Shown here piece by piece: positions 1 to 10,102 of a stretch of 64,000 nt of DNA. Position 1 is the first letter of the stretch. Each line of letters opens with the position of its first letter. Made by a program: the position numbers and the translations under genes. The stretch comes from a virus, in the IMG/VR virus record IMGVR_UViG_3300045988_067569; one strand, 5' to 3'. The notes beneath the pieces are model-generated. The model did no database searches. It worked only from the letters and a program-made list of their open reading frames with translations, and was not told where the DNA came from.

Positions 1-55
1 CTAGTGCAGCTACGTTCAGGATGTTTGTAGTGAAAACCATCTTTGTCCTTAAACA

Positions 56-430
56 TTACTTCAGTAATAGGCATAATAATATTAATACACATGAACCAGC
101 AGCGCCATATTTAATGACATTCTGCTTCTTTTTTAAAGACTTATTAAGACCTTCAATAGATCTATTTTTATCTTCAATTATGTTTCCATAATACAGTAAC
201 TGAACTCTACGAAGAGAATCCGTTTTTTCCCAACTCTTATTTATTAGTTCTAGATTAGTTATTCGCTTATTCAATAACGGAACAGTTTCAGACAACTTCT
301 GATGCTCGGCAAATATCAGATTAGTTGTTTTTAGTTGCTCGCTGGTTATTGTAACGGTCGATGTATTCTGAGAAAAAGCACAAATTGATGCTATCAGAAC
401 TAGACATAATAGTAGATACTTTCTCATCAT
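56..430 (-). CDS. hypothetical secreted protein (N-terminal signal peptide)
   Basis: ORF track; hydrophobic N-terminus MMRKYLLLCLVLIASICAFSQ. Confidence 0.4.
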   Translation of the reverse strand: MMRKYLLLCLVLIASICAFSQNTSTVTITSEQLKTTNLIFAEHQKLSETVPLLNKRITNLELINKSWEKTDSLRRVQLLYYGNIIEDKNRSIEGLNKSLKKKQNVIKYGAAGSCVLILLCLLLK

Positions 431-626
431 ACTCTTTGTCTATATACTTAATTTTCTCCACGATGGAATCGTTAACTATATAGATGCTATCTCTAATTAT
501 AGAATCCCTTACTATTTCCTGCACATTAGGCGGAGAAACTGCGGTTTCCTTCTTAGGTATTAGCAAATAAATAATTAGCAATCCCATCAAGGCTATTAAG
601 ATATAGCAAAACTTAGTCCTGTTCAT
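321..626 (-). CDS. hypothetical membrane-anchored protein (overlaps previous ORF, one may be spurious)
   Basis: ORF track; N-terminal TM segment. Confidence 0.25.
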   Translation of the reverse strand: MNRTKFCYILIALMGLLIIYLLIPKKETAVSPPNVQEIVRDSIIRDSIYIVNDSIVEKIKYIDKEYDEKVSTIMSSSDSINLCFFSEYIDRYNNQRATKNN

Positions 627-1197
627 TTAGCTCAACGCCTATTGCCTTGGCTTTAGTTACCAGTTCAGCGCATTTAACTACATCTATACCTTCTTTAGCT
701 AGATTCAAAGCTTGCTTCTCTTTATCAGAGAGATTTTTGATTTCGTTCTTGAGGGCTTCTTTTCTTTCGAATCGAGCTTTCATTTGGTTATACCCCTTAA
801 TGATACGCTCTGGATTTTCTTTCAAGAAAGTAAGCTCCTGTTCCAAGAATGCTTTTACCAGCACTTTACCTGCTACACCTCTAGATGTAGTATAAATAGC
901 TGGACACTTTGGATCATGAAGAGCCTTATCGTAAGCCTTCTTCTGTCCCTTAGCCAAATCGAAGGTATCACTAGGATTACATACTGCAATACCAACGGTT
1001 ACTACTCTACAGATTCTAGCATAGTCCGGATCATTTGTGCATATGTATTCATCGGGAGCTACCCAACCTACTGCTAAGACACAATCATCCTCACTTACTT
1101 CAGCAGCCTGACTTAAAGCACAAGCTACAATTTTACGTTCTTCACCCTTAAAGTCTACAAATGAGTCTACCATGTACTCAATCACATCCTGTTTCAT
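613..1197 (-). CDS. hypothetical protein
   Basis: 194-aa ORF on the strand shared with its neighbours. Confidence 0.5.
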   Translation of the reverse strand: MKQDVIEYMVDSFVDFKGEERKIVACALSQAAEVSEDDCVLAVGWVAPDEYICTNDPDYARICRVVTVGIAVCNPSDTFDLAKGQKKAYDKALHDPKCPAIYTTSRGVAGKVLVKAFLEQELTFLKENPERIIKGYNQMKARFERKEALKNEIKNLSDKEKQALNLAKEGIDVVKCAELVTKAKAIGVELNEQD

Positions 1198-1427
1198 TTT
1201 CTACAATTTTAAAACCGTTATTAATTAAATATTCTTCGGGAGCAAATTGTAATTCAAAGAATCTATGCAAAGAGTACTTCTTCCTCTTACAACATAGTTG
1301 ATTCTTTTTCAATACAATAGGTTTATTAGAAGAGTAGTATTTTTCTTCCATTAGAGCAGCTCCCCAGCTCCATATTTGATATACTGAACTACAGTAGATA
1401 AACTTATCGTGCGTATGCACAATTTGT

Positions 1428-1901
1428 TTATCCTTCTCGTAAGTCCTCCGTGAGGTCGTCATAAAACACCTTTATAGTCTTAAAAATGAATTGATTCTTT
1501 TGAGTATTATAACAGTCATTCCAGCTACATTTCTGATAGTGAGATAGTAGTTCGGAAGCTTTTACGCCAGTATACACATTTCTGCAAAAGCTATCGTCAT
1601 CATCACAATCTGCTGCGTTTATGGTGTACTTTCCAATAGAAATCGCATAATGATAATGACTTCTCGCTACTTCGCTAAACTTTTCTTCTAGTTCATAATC
1701 CTCGTAAATAATGACTTTGAACTTGAATTTATCTCTACTTAGTAGCCTAGCTAGACAGTATGCTATATAGCAACACCCTCCACAATTAACGTCATATTCC
1801 TCATCTAAGAATCTACAAAGCTTATTCAGCCTCTCCGCTAGAATCTCCTGAATCTCCTGAGACTTCGAGTTTAATTTCCTCCTTTGCCTTTTTAAACTCA
1901 T
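1428..1901 (-). CDS. hypothetical Cys-rich protein
   Basis: ORF track. Confidence 0.45.
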   Translation of the reverse strand: MSLKRQRRKLNSKSQEIQEILAERLNKLCRFLDEEYDVNCGGCCYIAYCLARLLSRDKFKFKVIIYEDYELEEKFSEVARSHYHYAISIGKYTINAADCDDDDSFCRNVYTGVKASELLSHYQKCSWNDCYNTQKNQFIFKTIKVFYDDLTEDLREG

Positions 1902-2124
1902 CTAAGTACCTACCTAAAGTTATAACTTCATCTTTTCCGAACTTTTTTCTTACTGCATAATGGCGACATCGCTCTATAGCAGCTTCTAGGGGATAGCCAT
2001 AGCCTTCCACTTTAAATTCTTTTCTCGGATTTTTCCCACCAATATCATACAACAATTCCAAGTCAAACCTCGGAGAAGATTCACTAATGGGAGTAAGTCT
2101 GTAAAAAGGACCTTCAATTACCAT
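1822..2124 (-). CDS. hypothetical protein
   Basis: ORF track. Confidence 0.35.
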   Translation of the reverse strand: MVIEGPFYRLTPISESSPRFDLELLYDIGGKNPRKEFKVEGYGYPLEAAIERCRHYAVRKKFGKDEVITLGRYLDEFKKAKEEIKLEVSGDSGDSSGEAE

Positions 2125-2134
2125 TTTTATTTTG

Positions 2135-2944
2135 TTATTTACAAACGTCTATTACAGTTAAGTTCTCGTTGCTGGGACGATAATTAATATCCCTATGAGA
2201 ATTAGATACAATAACCTGGTCAAAATTATTACACATATTAATCAGACCTTTATCATTAACTGCGTGACATACGATTATGATAAACTTGCTATTTGGATAT
2301 CTCTCTTTGAGAACCTTAAGCTCTCCTAGGAAAGTTCCTCCGGCATCACACAAGTCATCAATGAACACAAATGTAGAATAGTAGCAATTCTTAGACTCCT
2401 CTATTTCAAAGGACTCAATTCTTCCAGTCTCTAGATTTCTTTCCTTTTTGAAGACTAAATAACCATAGTGAGAATAGTTACTTCCATATCTGTCCTTCGC
2501 CCCATGGTCTGGGAACACGATATTACTTTGGGCTGGAATCCAAGAGTGGTGTCCAAATTCCCAAGGTAAACATCTGTCACCAAGAAGATGAAAAGTTCTA
2601 CTAGAATGTGCCTCAAGAACATATATGTTTCTATAGCCTAAGCTATTTAACATATTACATACTACTTTCAAGGAGAATGGACGATTAAAACTCATTACTC
2701 TATCCATACGCATAGACATTAAATAAGTAATGTGTAAATCCCATTCTACTTCTTGTCTATCTAAAATATCTCCTACTTGCACTAAGAGGAATAAATCCTC
2801 AGTATTAGATATTCTACAAATGACATCAATAGATTCCTTTCTGTTTAATTCCTCAGTAAGGAAAAACTGAGGCTCTCCATCAGGAAATCTAGTAACATCG
2901 TACTTAATTTCACTGATTTCCTTGTTGATTAAGTTTAATTTCAT
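2135..2944 (-). CDS. phosphoribosyltransferase-fold protein, PRPP-synthetase-like (candidate ADP-ribose pyrophosphate synthetase, Adps)
   Basis: PRPP-binding-type motif FVFIDDLCDAGGTF in the C-terminal half; FPDHGAKDRY motif; lies beside the NAMPT-like gene. Confidence 0.55.
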   Translation of the reverse strand: MKLNLINKEISEIKYDVTRFPDGEPQFFLTEELNRKESIDVICRISNTEDLFLLVQVGDILDRQEVEWDLHITYLMSMRMDRVMSFNRPFSLKVVCNMLNSLGYRNIYVLEAHSSRTFHLLGDRCLPWEFGHHSWIPAQSNIVFPDHGAKDRYGSNYSHYGYLVFKKERNLETGRIESFEIEESKNCYYSTFVFIDDLCDAGGTFLGELKVLKERYPNSKFIIIVCHAVNDKGLINMCNNFDQVIVSNSHRDINYRPSNENLTVIDVCK

Positions 2945-3374
2945 CTACTACATATTTTAAGATTTCATAACTTTCTTCCAGACCTGCCCTATCATCTAGG
3001 AGGATATTGTAATAAGGTTTCTTAGATTTAGAGAATATAGAACTACTAATGTTTGGAGCAGATAAAGTATTAGAAGTAATATTTGCTATTCCTAATCGCA
3101 TACAAATTGTCTGCTTTGCCATAATTTTATAATCATCTTCATCAGTGGTGAATAAAATCATTTCAAAACCTAGAAGTGAGCATTCTTTAAGTAGTTCTAT
3201 AACGCAACTATAATCTCCGCCAGTATTATGGTAATCGAAAATAGTATTATCAAAATCGAAAGCGACTATTAGCTTTCCGTATTTATGATACTCTTCTAAT
3301 AGTCGTTTCTTGCAAGCTTCTTTCCCAAAAGGATGATTAAAGTCCATGGTCAATTCTTTGTCTGATTTCTTCAA
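2910..3374 (-). CDS. HAD-superfamily phosphatase-like protein
   Basis: DxDxT motif (FDFDNTIFD) near N-terminus. Confidence 0.5.
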   Translation of the reverse strand: MKKSDKELTMDFNHPFGKEACKKRLLEEYHKYGKLIVAFDFDNTIFDYHNTGGDYSCVIELLKECSLLGFEMILFTTDEDDYKIMAKQTICMRLGIANITSNTLSAPNISSSIFSKSKKPYYNILLDDRAGLEESYEILKYVVDEIKLNQQGNQ

Positions 3375-4887
3375 GAGAATATTCTTTCTTCAAGATACCA
3401 TCTTCAAAGACAGTCTCTAAGCATCCCTCTTTTTCCTCCTCGATTGAGACCTGGTCGGTAGCAGTATACTTCCCATCCAGACATTTATAGACAGCAATCA
3501 AACCTTTCAAAGAGTTCTTAGTACCATCATCAGTTTTAGGATGTTTGAAGATTTCTTTCAATTCGCCATTTACTACGCAAGCAGTAGCCTTAATAGCAAA
3601 CCCAAGACTATCTCTACTTGCATACTGATAGGAATATGAACCTACTCCCAGAACGAGATTACAAGCCGCCATATGAGCGTTTTCTAATCTCAAGTAGATT
3701 TGCTTTTGACGTTCCAGAGTAATAGAATCTCCATAAAGCAGACCAACCTTAGTGCTAGGATAACGGTAATCCTTTGAAGTAGTATTCCATCCGAAGATTT
3801 TACCAAGCATATAATATGCCCCATAATATTGACCTTCGGACACTTCAACATACTCTGCATCGTCGTTAAACGGAGCATAGCAGCAATAATACTTACCTTC
3901 TTTCATTCTGGTATTGAAGTGAGGATTAGTTCTCAACCCGCAGATTATATCTACTGGGTCTCCACTATCAGGACGGATTACTACTCTACCATCACGAGCC
4001 ATAATGTCTTTCTTCAGCTTGGGCAAGAAATTTTCAATTACATTCCAGAAATCCCAAGTATCAGATACAATAGAAACAAACCCAGAAGGATACAAATCAT
4101 TAATTAGACGTTTGAAAGTGCCCAGCTCATCTTCCTCCCCTCCAGCACACATTACAGAGTGTTCTGTTGCTGGAACTGTAGCAGCAATCAATTCCTCGTC
4201 TGAATTAGCTCCATAATATTCTTCCAAAGCAGCAATAGCTGGAATAGTTTCACTTCCCACAAAAGAAGTCATATGCGCCATACCAGATATAATTGCGGCT
4301 TCCATTCCCGCCATACCTCGCATTGAGAAATCATGACAACAAAAACCAAGATTTACATCTGTTGGAAAACCAGTCTTGCAAGCATGACGATGTAGCTCTT
4401 TCTTATAAAGCCTAGCTCTAGTAGCAGATGTGCATGGCATCCACAAGGTACAGCTGATAATAGTCTCTAAGTAGTTAGTTAACCAAAAGAACTCGGGTAG
4501 AGTATTTGTAATGGTCATCATGGGAACCCGAATAGGGCACACAGAACCTTCAGGAAGAGCCTTTATGCGAATTGGTAGATACCCAAGGTCATATAAAGCT
4601 TCAATATGTCTGTACCCAACGGATTCAATACCAACAAAGTTGTTTACTCTACGATAGAACATCTCCACAGCTTCCTTCTTTGGTAGATTAAAGAAGTTTT
4701 TCTCAAACTGTTTAATGAGATATTCTTTGATTAGGTATTGAATACCAAATACTACTGAACCTTCGGTTGCTTCTGGGAAGTATTTATTACTTCTAGGAGT
4801 CCAGTTACTATAAACTTGTTCAGTACCTTCGGGGTACATTCTGTGATGGCCCAACTTGTAACCATCTGTAGCATTAATTATTTCCAT
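3337..4887 (-). CDS. nicotinamide phosphoribosyltransferase family protein (NadV/Namat-like)
   Basis: 516 aa; N-terminal ATDGYKLGHHRMYPEGTEQVYS matches the NAMPT signature ATDSYKVTHYKQYP. Confidence 0.8.
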   Translation of the reverse strand: MEIINATDGYKLGHHRMYPEGTEQVYSNWTPRSNKYFPEATEGSVVFGIQYLIKEYLIKQFEKNFFNLPKKEAVEMFYRRVNNFVGIESVGYRHIEALYDLGYLPIRIKALPEGSVCPIRVPMMTITNTLPEFFWLTNYLETIISCTLWMPCTSATRARLYKKELHRHACKTGFPTDVNLGFCCHDFSMRGMAGMEAAIISGMAHMTSFVGSETIPAIAALEEYYGANSDEELIAATVPATEHSVMCAGGEEDELGTFKRLINDLYPSGFVSIVSDTWDFWNVIENFLPKLKKDIMARDGRVVIRPDSGDPVDIICGLRTNPHFNTRMKEGKYYCCYAPFNDDAEYVEVSEGQYYGAYYMLGKIFGWNTTSKDYRYPSTKVGLLYGDSITLERQKQIYLRLENAHMAACNLVLGVGSYSYQYASRDSLGFAIKATACVVNGELKEIFKHPKTDDGTKNSLKGLIAVYKCLDGKYTATDQVSIEEEKEGCLETVFEDGILKKEYSLEEIRQRIDHGL

Positions 4888-4900
4888 TCTAAAAATTATT

Positions 4901-5425
4901 TTAATAACTAATTGTTAATAAACTTTTCATGCCTTTACCACTAGCTAAATTCTTAAAACACTGAGTGATAAATTCCTTCGTTTCTGGATGGATAGCCCTA
5001 GGAGAATTTATATACTTAATCCACCAGTTATATTCTCCTTGAAAACTATTACCGTTGTATACTTTACCAGCAGCCAGATAATCGCATACCAATTCTAGAG
5101 CATACTCTTTAGGCATCTTCACTGGAACACCGCCAATGTCTAGCTTAGTTACCCAGTATTCATAATGGTGTGGATTTCTTCCTCTGTGATGTAAATAAGA
5201 CCTAGAATATCCTAGAATTTCTTTTTCCTTGTTTAAGGGAGATGTGTCATCATCGTAAAATTTTACAGAACGAGAGAACTCATACCATCCGAATTTAGAT
5301 AAGTCGTGCAAGATGCCCTGTTTGTATAAACCTAACTGAAAACAGTAATAAGCTACCCAAAACTTATGTCTAAGTATTCGCCTAAGATGTTTCAGTGTTA
5401 TACACATACATTTAAGAATTTCCAT
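4901..5425 (-). CDS. hypothetical protein (His-rich)
   Basis: ORF track. Confidence 0.45.
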   Translation of the reverse strand: MEILKCMCITLKHLRRILRHKFWVAYYCFQLGLYKQGILHDLSKFGWYEFSRSVKFYDDDTSPLNKEKEILGYSRSYLHHRGRNPHHYEYWVTKLDIGGVPVKMPKEYALELVCDYLAAGKVYNGNSFQGEYNWWIKYINSPRAIHPETKEFITQCFKNLASGKGMKSLLTISY

Positions 5426-5745
5426 ATCTTCTTCACTATTCTAGTTAGAAAATTATTTCCTCTTAGATTGAACTTATGTGTATATCCAGACAACTTATCT
5501 GGATTCCACACAGCATGAACTATATAGAATAAATATCCTACTGTGTATAGCATAATGTTCAGTACTGGGATAAATCCTAGGATTAGTATTACTAAAACTA
5601 GCCACACTGGAACTTTAAGGTCATAGTCTTCTTCTATAAGTGCCACACTTCTGCTATACCCATTGTAATAAACGGTTACATGGGTATCTTTCAAGATAAG
5701 CACCGTGATGATTACCATCACAGTGCATATTACTAGATACATCAT
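5398..5745 (-). CDS. hypothetical membrane protein
   Basis: ORF track; multiple hydrophobic segments. Confidence 0.4.
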   Translation of the reverse strand: MMYLVICTVMVIITVLILKDTHVTVYYNGYSRSVALIEEDYDLKVPVWLVLVILILGFIPVLNIMLYTVGYLFYIVHAVWNPDKLSGYTHKFNLRGNNFLTRIVKKIWKFLNVCV

Positions 5746-6569
5746 TTGTTATTAGCTACATCTTTAAATAAGGTGGGAACCTGACCATAAGTAGGAAGTT
5801 TTCCATCCCACTTCTTAATCATATCCTGCTGAACTATGAGAACTGACAAAGATGCTGAAATCTTTCTATTATATTCAGCTTCTGCATCACCCTTAATCTT
5901 AAGAGCTTCTGCCTCTCCTTGTGCAGCTGCTACTTTCTTTTTAGCTTCTGCCTCAATAGTCTTAACTTCATTCTCTGCCTTCAAAGCCTGTTGAATTGCA
6001 GCATTCTTAGCATCAATAGAATTGACTAGCGTCTGTGGATATTGAAGACCAGAAGTCATTTGTTCAAGCTGAAAATTCTCAGCCAAGAGTTCCTTTGACA
6101 GTCTATCTTCTATAGACTTCTCAAACTCCTCACGTTTACTTACTAGTTCATCAGTAGTATAGTTATTCAGCTGAATGCGAAAAGCATTCTTTACGTAATT
6201 ATACAAAGTAGTGTTAATTACCTCTACAATATCTTCCTTTCTATACTTCTTAAATACTTCTGGTGATTTCCCGTCAACAATCTTCAAAGAAATTGTAGGG
6301 TCTACAGTAAATGATGATCCATCTTTAGCATTAATACTGAAAGGAGGATAGTCCACAGTCTGTACGAATGTAGGATATTCATATACAGCCGTAGTAACAG
6401 GATTGTACCATACCGCACCAGTAACAAGAGACACATCGTCTACTCCTTTACCATCTCCGTATAGATTTACCTTGATGCCTTCATAACCAGCATCAATTCT
6501 CTCATAGCCACAACTAGATAAGCCAAACACTAAAGTTAATACGCACAAAATCTTAATAATTGTCTTCAT
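5742..6569 (-). CDS. SPFH/band-7 (prohibitin/HflC-like) lipoprotein
   Basis: lipobox LSSCG; SPFH-like core followed by an Ala/Glu/Lys coiled-coil tail. Confidence 0.6.
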   Translation of the reverse strand: MKTIIKILCVLTLVFGLSSCGYERIDAGYEGIKVNLYGDGKGVDDVSLVTGAVWYNPVTTAVYEYPTFVQTVDYPPFSINAKDGSSFTVDPTISLKIVDGKSPEVFKKYRKEDIVEVINTTLYNYVKNAFRIQLNNYTTDELVSKREEFEKSIEDRLSKELLAENFQLEQMTSGLQYPQTLVNSIDAKNAAIQQALKAENEVKTIEAEAKKKVAAAQGEAEALKIKGDAEAEYNRKISASLSVLIVQQDMIKKWDGKLPTYGQVPTLFKDVANNK

Positions 6570-6765
6570 TTTCCTTATTTAAGTAATGTTTCTTAATATA
6601 TTTGAATATCCTATAAACTAAACTTGGGATTGCCACTAGTAATAGTAACAACCCCAAGATATTTGCAGCATACAATGATTCGGATAATAACCATAAGCTG
6701 ATGTTGTAAATTACAACGATTAATAGAACGGCAACAAATGCCTTAATTAAGTTTTTCTCGACCAT
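6553..6765 (-). CDS. small membrane protein
   Basis: ORF track; two hydrophobic helices. Confidence 0.35.
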   Translation of the reverse strand: MVEKNLIKAFVAVLLIVVIYNISLWLLSESLYAANILGLLLLLVAIPSLVYRIFKYIKKHYLNKENEDNY

Positions 6766-7006
6766 AGAATAATATATTCTCTATTGCCGCTTTTATTATA
6801 CCATAGTAGTACATTATCCTCTGTAATATCTACATACGGGTCATAATAAATATACGCGGCAAACATTATGCACACAATTATAAACGCAATCATGATTTAT
6901 CGAGTTTTAATAGACCCAGGTCTGGTAGTTGCAGCCTGAAAGTCTTTTCCTTGTTTATCCCACTATGCTTGCTTTGCTTTTAACCAAGCTACTTTTTTCT
7001 TATACT

Positions 7007-8023
7007 TCATTGTTCGGAAATTATTACGATACGATTAAATTCATTATCTCCAAATTCAGTGGTAATTCCACATCCCTTAACAACCAATTTATCCTCTGGA
7101 GCACCATAGCTAATCAGAGCCTTCTTCATAGATTCTGCCCTAGCTACAGCAAGGTTATTATTAAACTCTTCTGGACCTTCTTCCGAAGCATATCCCTCAA
7201 TCACATAAGTTTTTCCACTATTAGAAATATAGGAAGCTAGTTCTGAGACAGCCACATTGGAAGTTTTAGAAATCTCTGAAGAATTTTGAAGGAATTGAAT
7301 TTTTGGAGTCAAAAGCTCTACTTTAGTAATTTCGATTGTGTCCGTCTTAACAATTTCTATTGGTTTACGAGCCATAAGTTCCTCATTCTTGGCTCTCAAC
7401 TCATTAATAGAAGCGTTTAGGCTTTCAACCTCGGCATCACTATACAACTTCATAATTGGAAAGTCCCCCTTGCTAGACTTAAAGCGATAGGTAGCACCAA
7501 TATAGACGTTAAACTCATGATTCAGAGGAGAAGTCTTGGGAAGTAACATATACTCAGGAGTAACATTTAATGCCCAACTATCAGTAATATTAAAGTTGCA
7601 TCTAATTGCACCTCTTGCAGATACATTATTATAAACATCACCATAAGTATGATACCAACCAGCACCTATCAGTAATACAGGCTCAAATAAACGTCTAGAG
7701 CCTTCGTATCCACAAATAAGATTAGTTAGATTAGTAGTTACATTAGCTGTAAGGTTATGGGAATCGAAGAACGTTTCACTGCCTTGATTCATACCTGCCA
7801 TCATATCTAACTCTAGTCCAAAGATAGGAGTAATTTCTTTACCCACCGCAATATTTACTAATACATCACGAGGTTCAGCCCAACTTCTTGAGTTGTCCCA
7901 AATTGTAGTACCTACATTACCAGAAACATACCAGTTATCTTTCAAACTTCCAGTTTCAACAACTTGTGCGCTAGCAAACACGCACATTAAACACAAACAA
8001 ATAATACTAAAAATTTTCTTCAT
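7007..8023 (-). CDS. OmpA-family outer-membrane-protein-like protein
   Basis: signal peptide; C-terminal OmpA-like segment YVIEGYASEEGPEEFNNNLAVARAESMKKAL. Confidence 0.65.
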   Translation of the reverse strand: MKKIFSIICLCLMCVFASAQVVETGSLKDNWYVSGNVGTTIWDNSRSWAEPRDVLVNIAVGKEITPIFGLELDMMAGMNQGSETFFDSHNLTANVTTNLTNLICGYEGSRRLFEPVLLIGAGWYHTYGDVYNNVSARGAIRCNFNITDSWALNVTPEYMLLPKTSPLNHEFNVYIGATYRFKSSKGDFPIMKLYSDAEVESLNASINELRAKNEELMARKPIEIVKTDTIEITKVELLTPKIQFLQNSSEISKTSNVAVSELASYISNSGKTYVIEGYASEEGPEEFNNNLAVARAESMKKALISYGAPEDKLVVKGCGITTEFGDNEFNRIVIISEQ

Positions 8024-8039
8024 AATTCTATTAATTAAA

Positions 8040-8474
8040 TTAATCCCACCAAGACCTCATACGTTCAAACTTTAGTTTGTTGTATAAGTACCAGGCTTTT
8101 TCTCTTCTCAGATAATCTTTAAGGATTGGGGTATTCCAATCGAGATCAGCAGCCTTAGAGTGGAATCGATTCCAATTTTTAGTATTTATGTGTCTATCTA
8201 CAAATCCCTTTGACCCAGGTCTAAAGTCATGGTGATACGCAGAATCTATTTCTAGCACAATATCTAATAGCTTTAGTGCTAGATTTAGCTCTTTTTCGAC
8301 ACGTTCATTGCCTTCCGCAATTCTAGATACCTTAAAGTATTCATACATTCTAATTAGGGCTTGTTTCTCTAAAGAGAGAACAAATCCATAATCGAATGGA
8401 TAAAACTTCATAGCTTCTTTGATAAGTTTCTTATTCTTATTCTTTCTTAGTTTCATATTCCTGACTTGCTTCAA
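8040..8474 (-). CDS. hypothetical protein
   Basis: ORF track. Confidence 0.4.
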   Translation of the reverse strand: MKQVRNMKLRKNKNKKLIKEAMKFYPFDYGFVLSLEKQALIRMYEYFKVSRIAEGNERVEKELNLALKLLDIVLEIDSAYHHDFRPGSKGFVDRHINTKNWNRFHSKAADLDWNTPILKDYLRREKAWYLYNKLKFERMRSWWD

Positions 8475-8880
8475 CTGCTAATTTATCTGCGAGATTATTC
8501 ATCTGAGAAAAGAAGTCTGAACTTGAAGTATGTCCTTTCACCCAACAAAAGTCTATATTAGGACAAAATTGCTTTGCCTTATTTAAGACCTTGTCGTATA
8601 AATTCCATAACTCTACATTCTTCTTTCTTTTCCATCCTTTAGTAGCACATCCTATGACGTACTGAGAATCTGAGTAAATAGTCAGAGATTCGATTTTACG
8701 ACTTACTGCATTTAGAGCATAAATTACTGCTAACAACTCACATTTATTATTAGTAGTATTAGGAATCATCTTACTAAATTCATAGGCTTTTTCCCCATCA
8801 ATTACGAATACAACTCCTACTCCTCCTGTGTCTCTAGACGAGCTAAAAGCTCCATCAGTGAACACTTCTAGCCTGCTCAT
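8437..8880 (-). CDS. rnhA: ribonuclease H
   Basis: RNase H layout: FTDGAF near the N-terminus, internal CELLAV block, C-terminal WVKGHT motif. Confidence 0.8.
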   Translation of the reverse strand: MSRLEVFTDGAFSSSRDTGGVGVVFVIDGEKAYEFSKMIPNTTNNKCELLAVIYALNAVSRKIESLTIYSDSQYVIGCATKGWKRKKNVELWNLYDKVLNKAKQFCPNIDFCWVKGHTSSSDFFSQMNNLADKLAVEASQEYETKKE

Positions 8881-9268
8881 CAGCAGTATTTACTCTCATG
8901 TTAGTTCCGAGTAATATTGCTATCTTTAGCAAATCGTCTTGATTGTCACAAAATATATTATCTAAAATATAGTTTGCATAATCAACAATTCTAACTCTCT
9001 TTCCTATAGCACCATATTTTTCGTTAAGCCATTTAAGCTGAGGAGCAAAATCTTCTAGGTCGTCTCCTAAATGCCGTAAAGCCTTCCTAATAGGAACAGG
9101 AAACCACATTTTCTCCTTTATCCAGTCTAAATGACAATAACCAAACGCAAATGCTCTACTTAAATCCTTCTGAATAAACTCGTCTAACTCGAAATTTCTC
9201 TCATGCCTACCAGCTTCCTCGAAATCATCTTTCAAATCCTCACAAAAAATCTGATTAAATTCAATCAT
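8855..9268 (-). CDS. hypothetical protein
   Basis: ORF track. Confidence 0.4.
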   Translation of the reverse strand: MIEFNQIFCEDLKDDFEEAGRHERNFELDEFIQKDLSRAFAFGYCHLDWIKEKMWFPVPIRKALRHLGDDLEDFAPQLKWLNEKYGAIGKRVRIVDYANYILDNIFCDNQDDLLKIAILLGTNMRVNTADEQARSVH

Positions 9269-9659
9269 AACTCCAAGTTTCTAGGCAAGCTATAAGTTCC
9301 AGCATCCCATATCTGCAAATAACCTTGAATGGTCCAGTAGCTATAGAAAGATAAGGACTTTTGTTGTCATTGTACAGCTTCATTACTTCTCTTAGTAGTA
9401 CGCTAGCATTTCTGGATAGTTCGTAAAGAGTGGGAACTCTGTGTTCGTTCGGACCTACATACATTTTCCATGTACTTTTGCCTATACAGCGACCCTCGTC
9501 ATCATATTCTCTATGACTCTTGTCCCACTGCATATACTCCAGAACCTTATCAAAATCAAAGTTCTCCATAATGCTTTTGTATTGTTCCTCCAATGGGGGA
9601 CAATCATCCCTTGTCAGGACTGTTCTCTTTGTTTTGCTCATTTTTGTAACAATTAACAA
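9261..9659 (-). CDS. hypothetical protein
   Basis: ORF track. Confidence 0.4.
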   Translation of the reverse strand: MLIVTKMSKTKRTVLTRDDCPPLEEQYKSIMENFDFDKVLEYMQWDKSHREYDDEGRCIGKSTWKMYVGPNEHRVPTLYELSRNASVLLREVMKLYNDNKSPYLSIATGPFKVICRYGMLELIACLETWSYD

Positions 9660-9945
9660 GATTCTGTAAGTTGGACAACTTATCAGTTCTTACACTGACC
9701 AGTAGCCCACCCTTACGTAAGTTGTAACTAAGTTTAATTCCGCAATGATTTAGAATTTCGATAAACTCTCTCAATGCGCTTCCCTTTAACACATTTCTGT
9801 AGACTAGTTTCTGACCATCTTGATATCCTGCTCGATAGTATTCATTCGCAACATCAGAAATAAGCCATCGCTTAATAGGAGATACCCTACTTAAGAGTTC
9901 ATTGACTCTGGTTGCGATAAAATCCATATTACTGAATACTATCAA
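9604..9945 (-). CDS. hypothetical protein
   Basis: ORF track. Confidence 0.4.
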   Translation of the reverse strand: MIVFSNMDFIATRVNELLSRVSPIKRWLISDVANEYYRAGYQDGQKLVYRNVLKGSALREFIEILNHCGIKLSYNLRKGGLLVSVRTDKLSNLQNLVNCYKNEQNKENSPDKG

Positions 9946-10102
9946 TTACAAGACTATCCACACCTAGAGTGTCTACACTCATTGTGTCAGCAACTTCTTT
10001 AACGATTGCGATAGAATCGTTTTCTGGAGCCTGAGTCTTTGTATTACCTGCACAAGCAGACATCAGTGCAACCATTCCGAAAAGCAATAGTACTTTCTTC
10101 AT
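9946..10102 (-). CDS. small putative lipoprotein (not in ORF track, under 60 aa)
   Basis: ATG at 10102; reads MKKVLLLFGMVALMSACAGNTKTQ..., a signal peptide with lipobox. Confidence 0.3.

Noticed and set aside
647-1077. Plus-strand ORFs 647..895 and 712..1077
   Set aside because: Antisense to minus-strand ORF 613..1197 in a uniformly minus-strand block, with no motifs.
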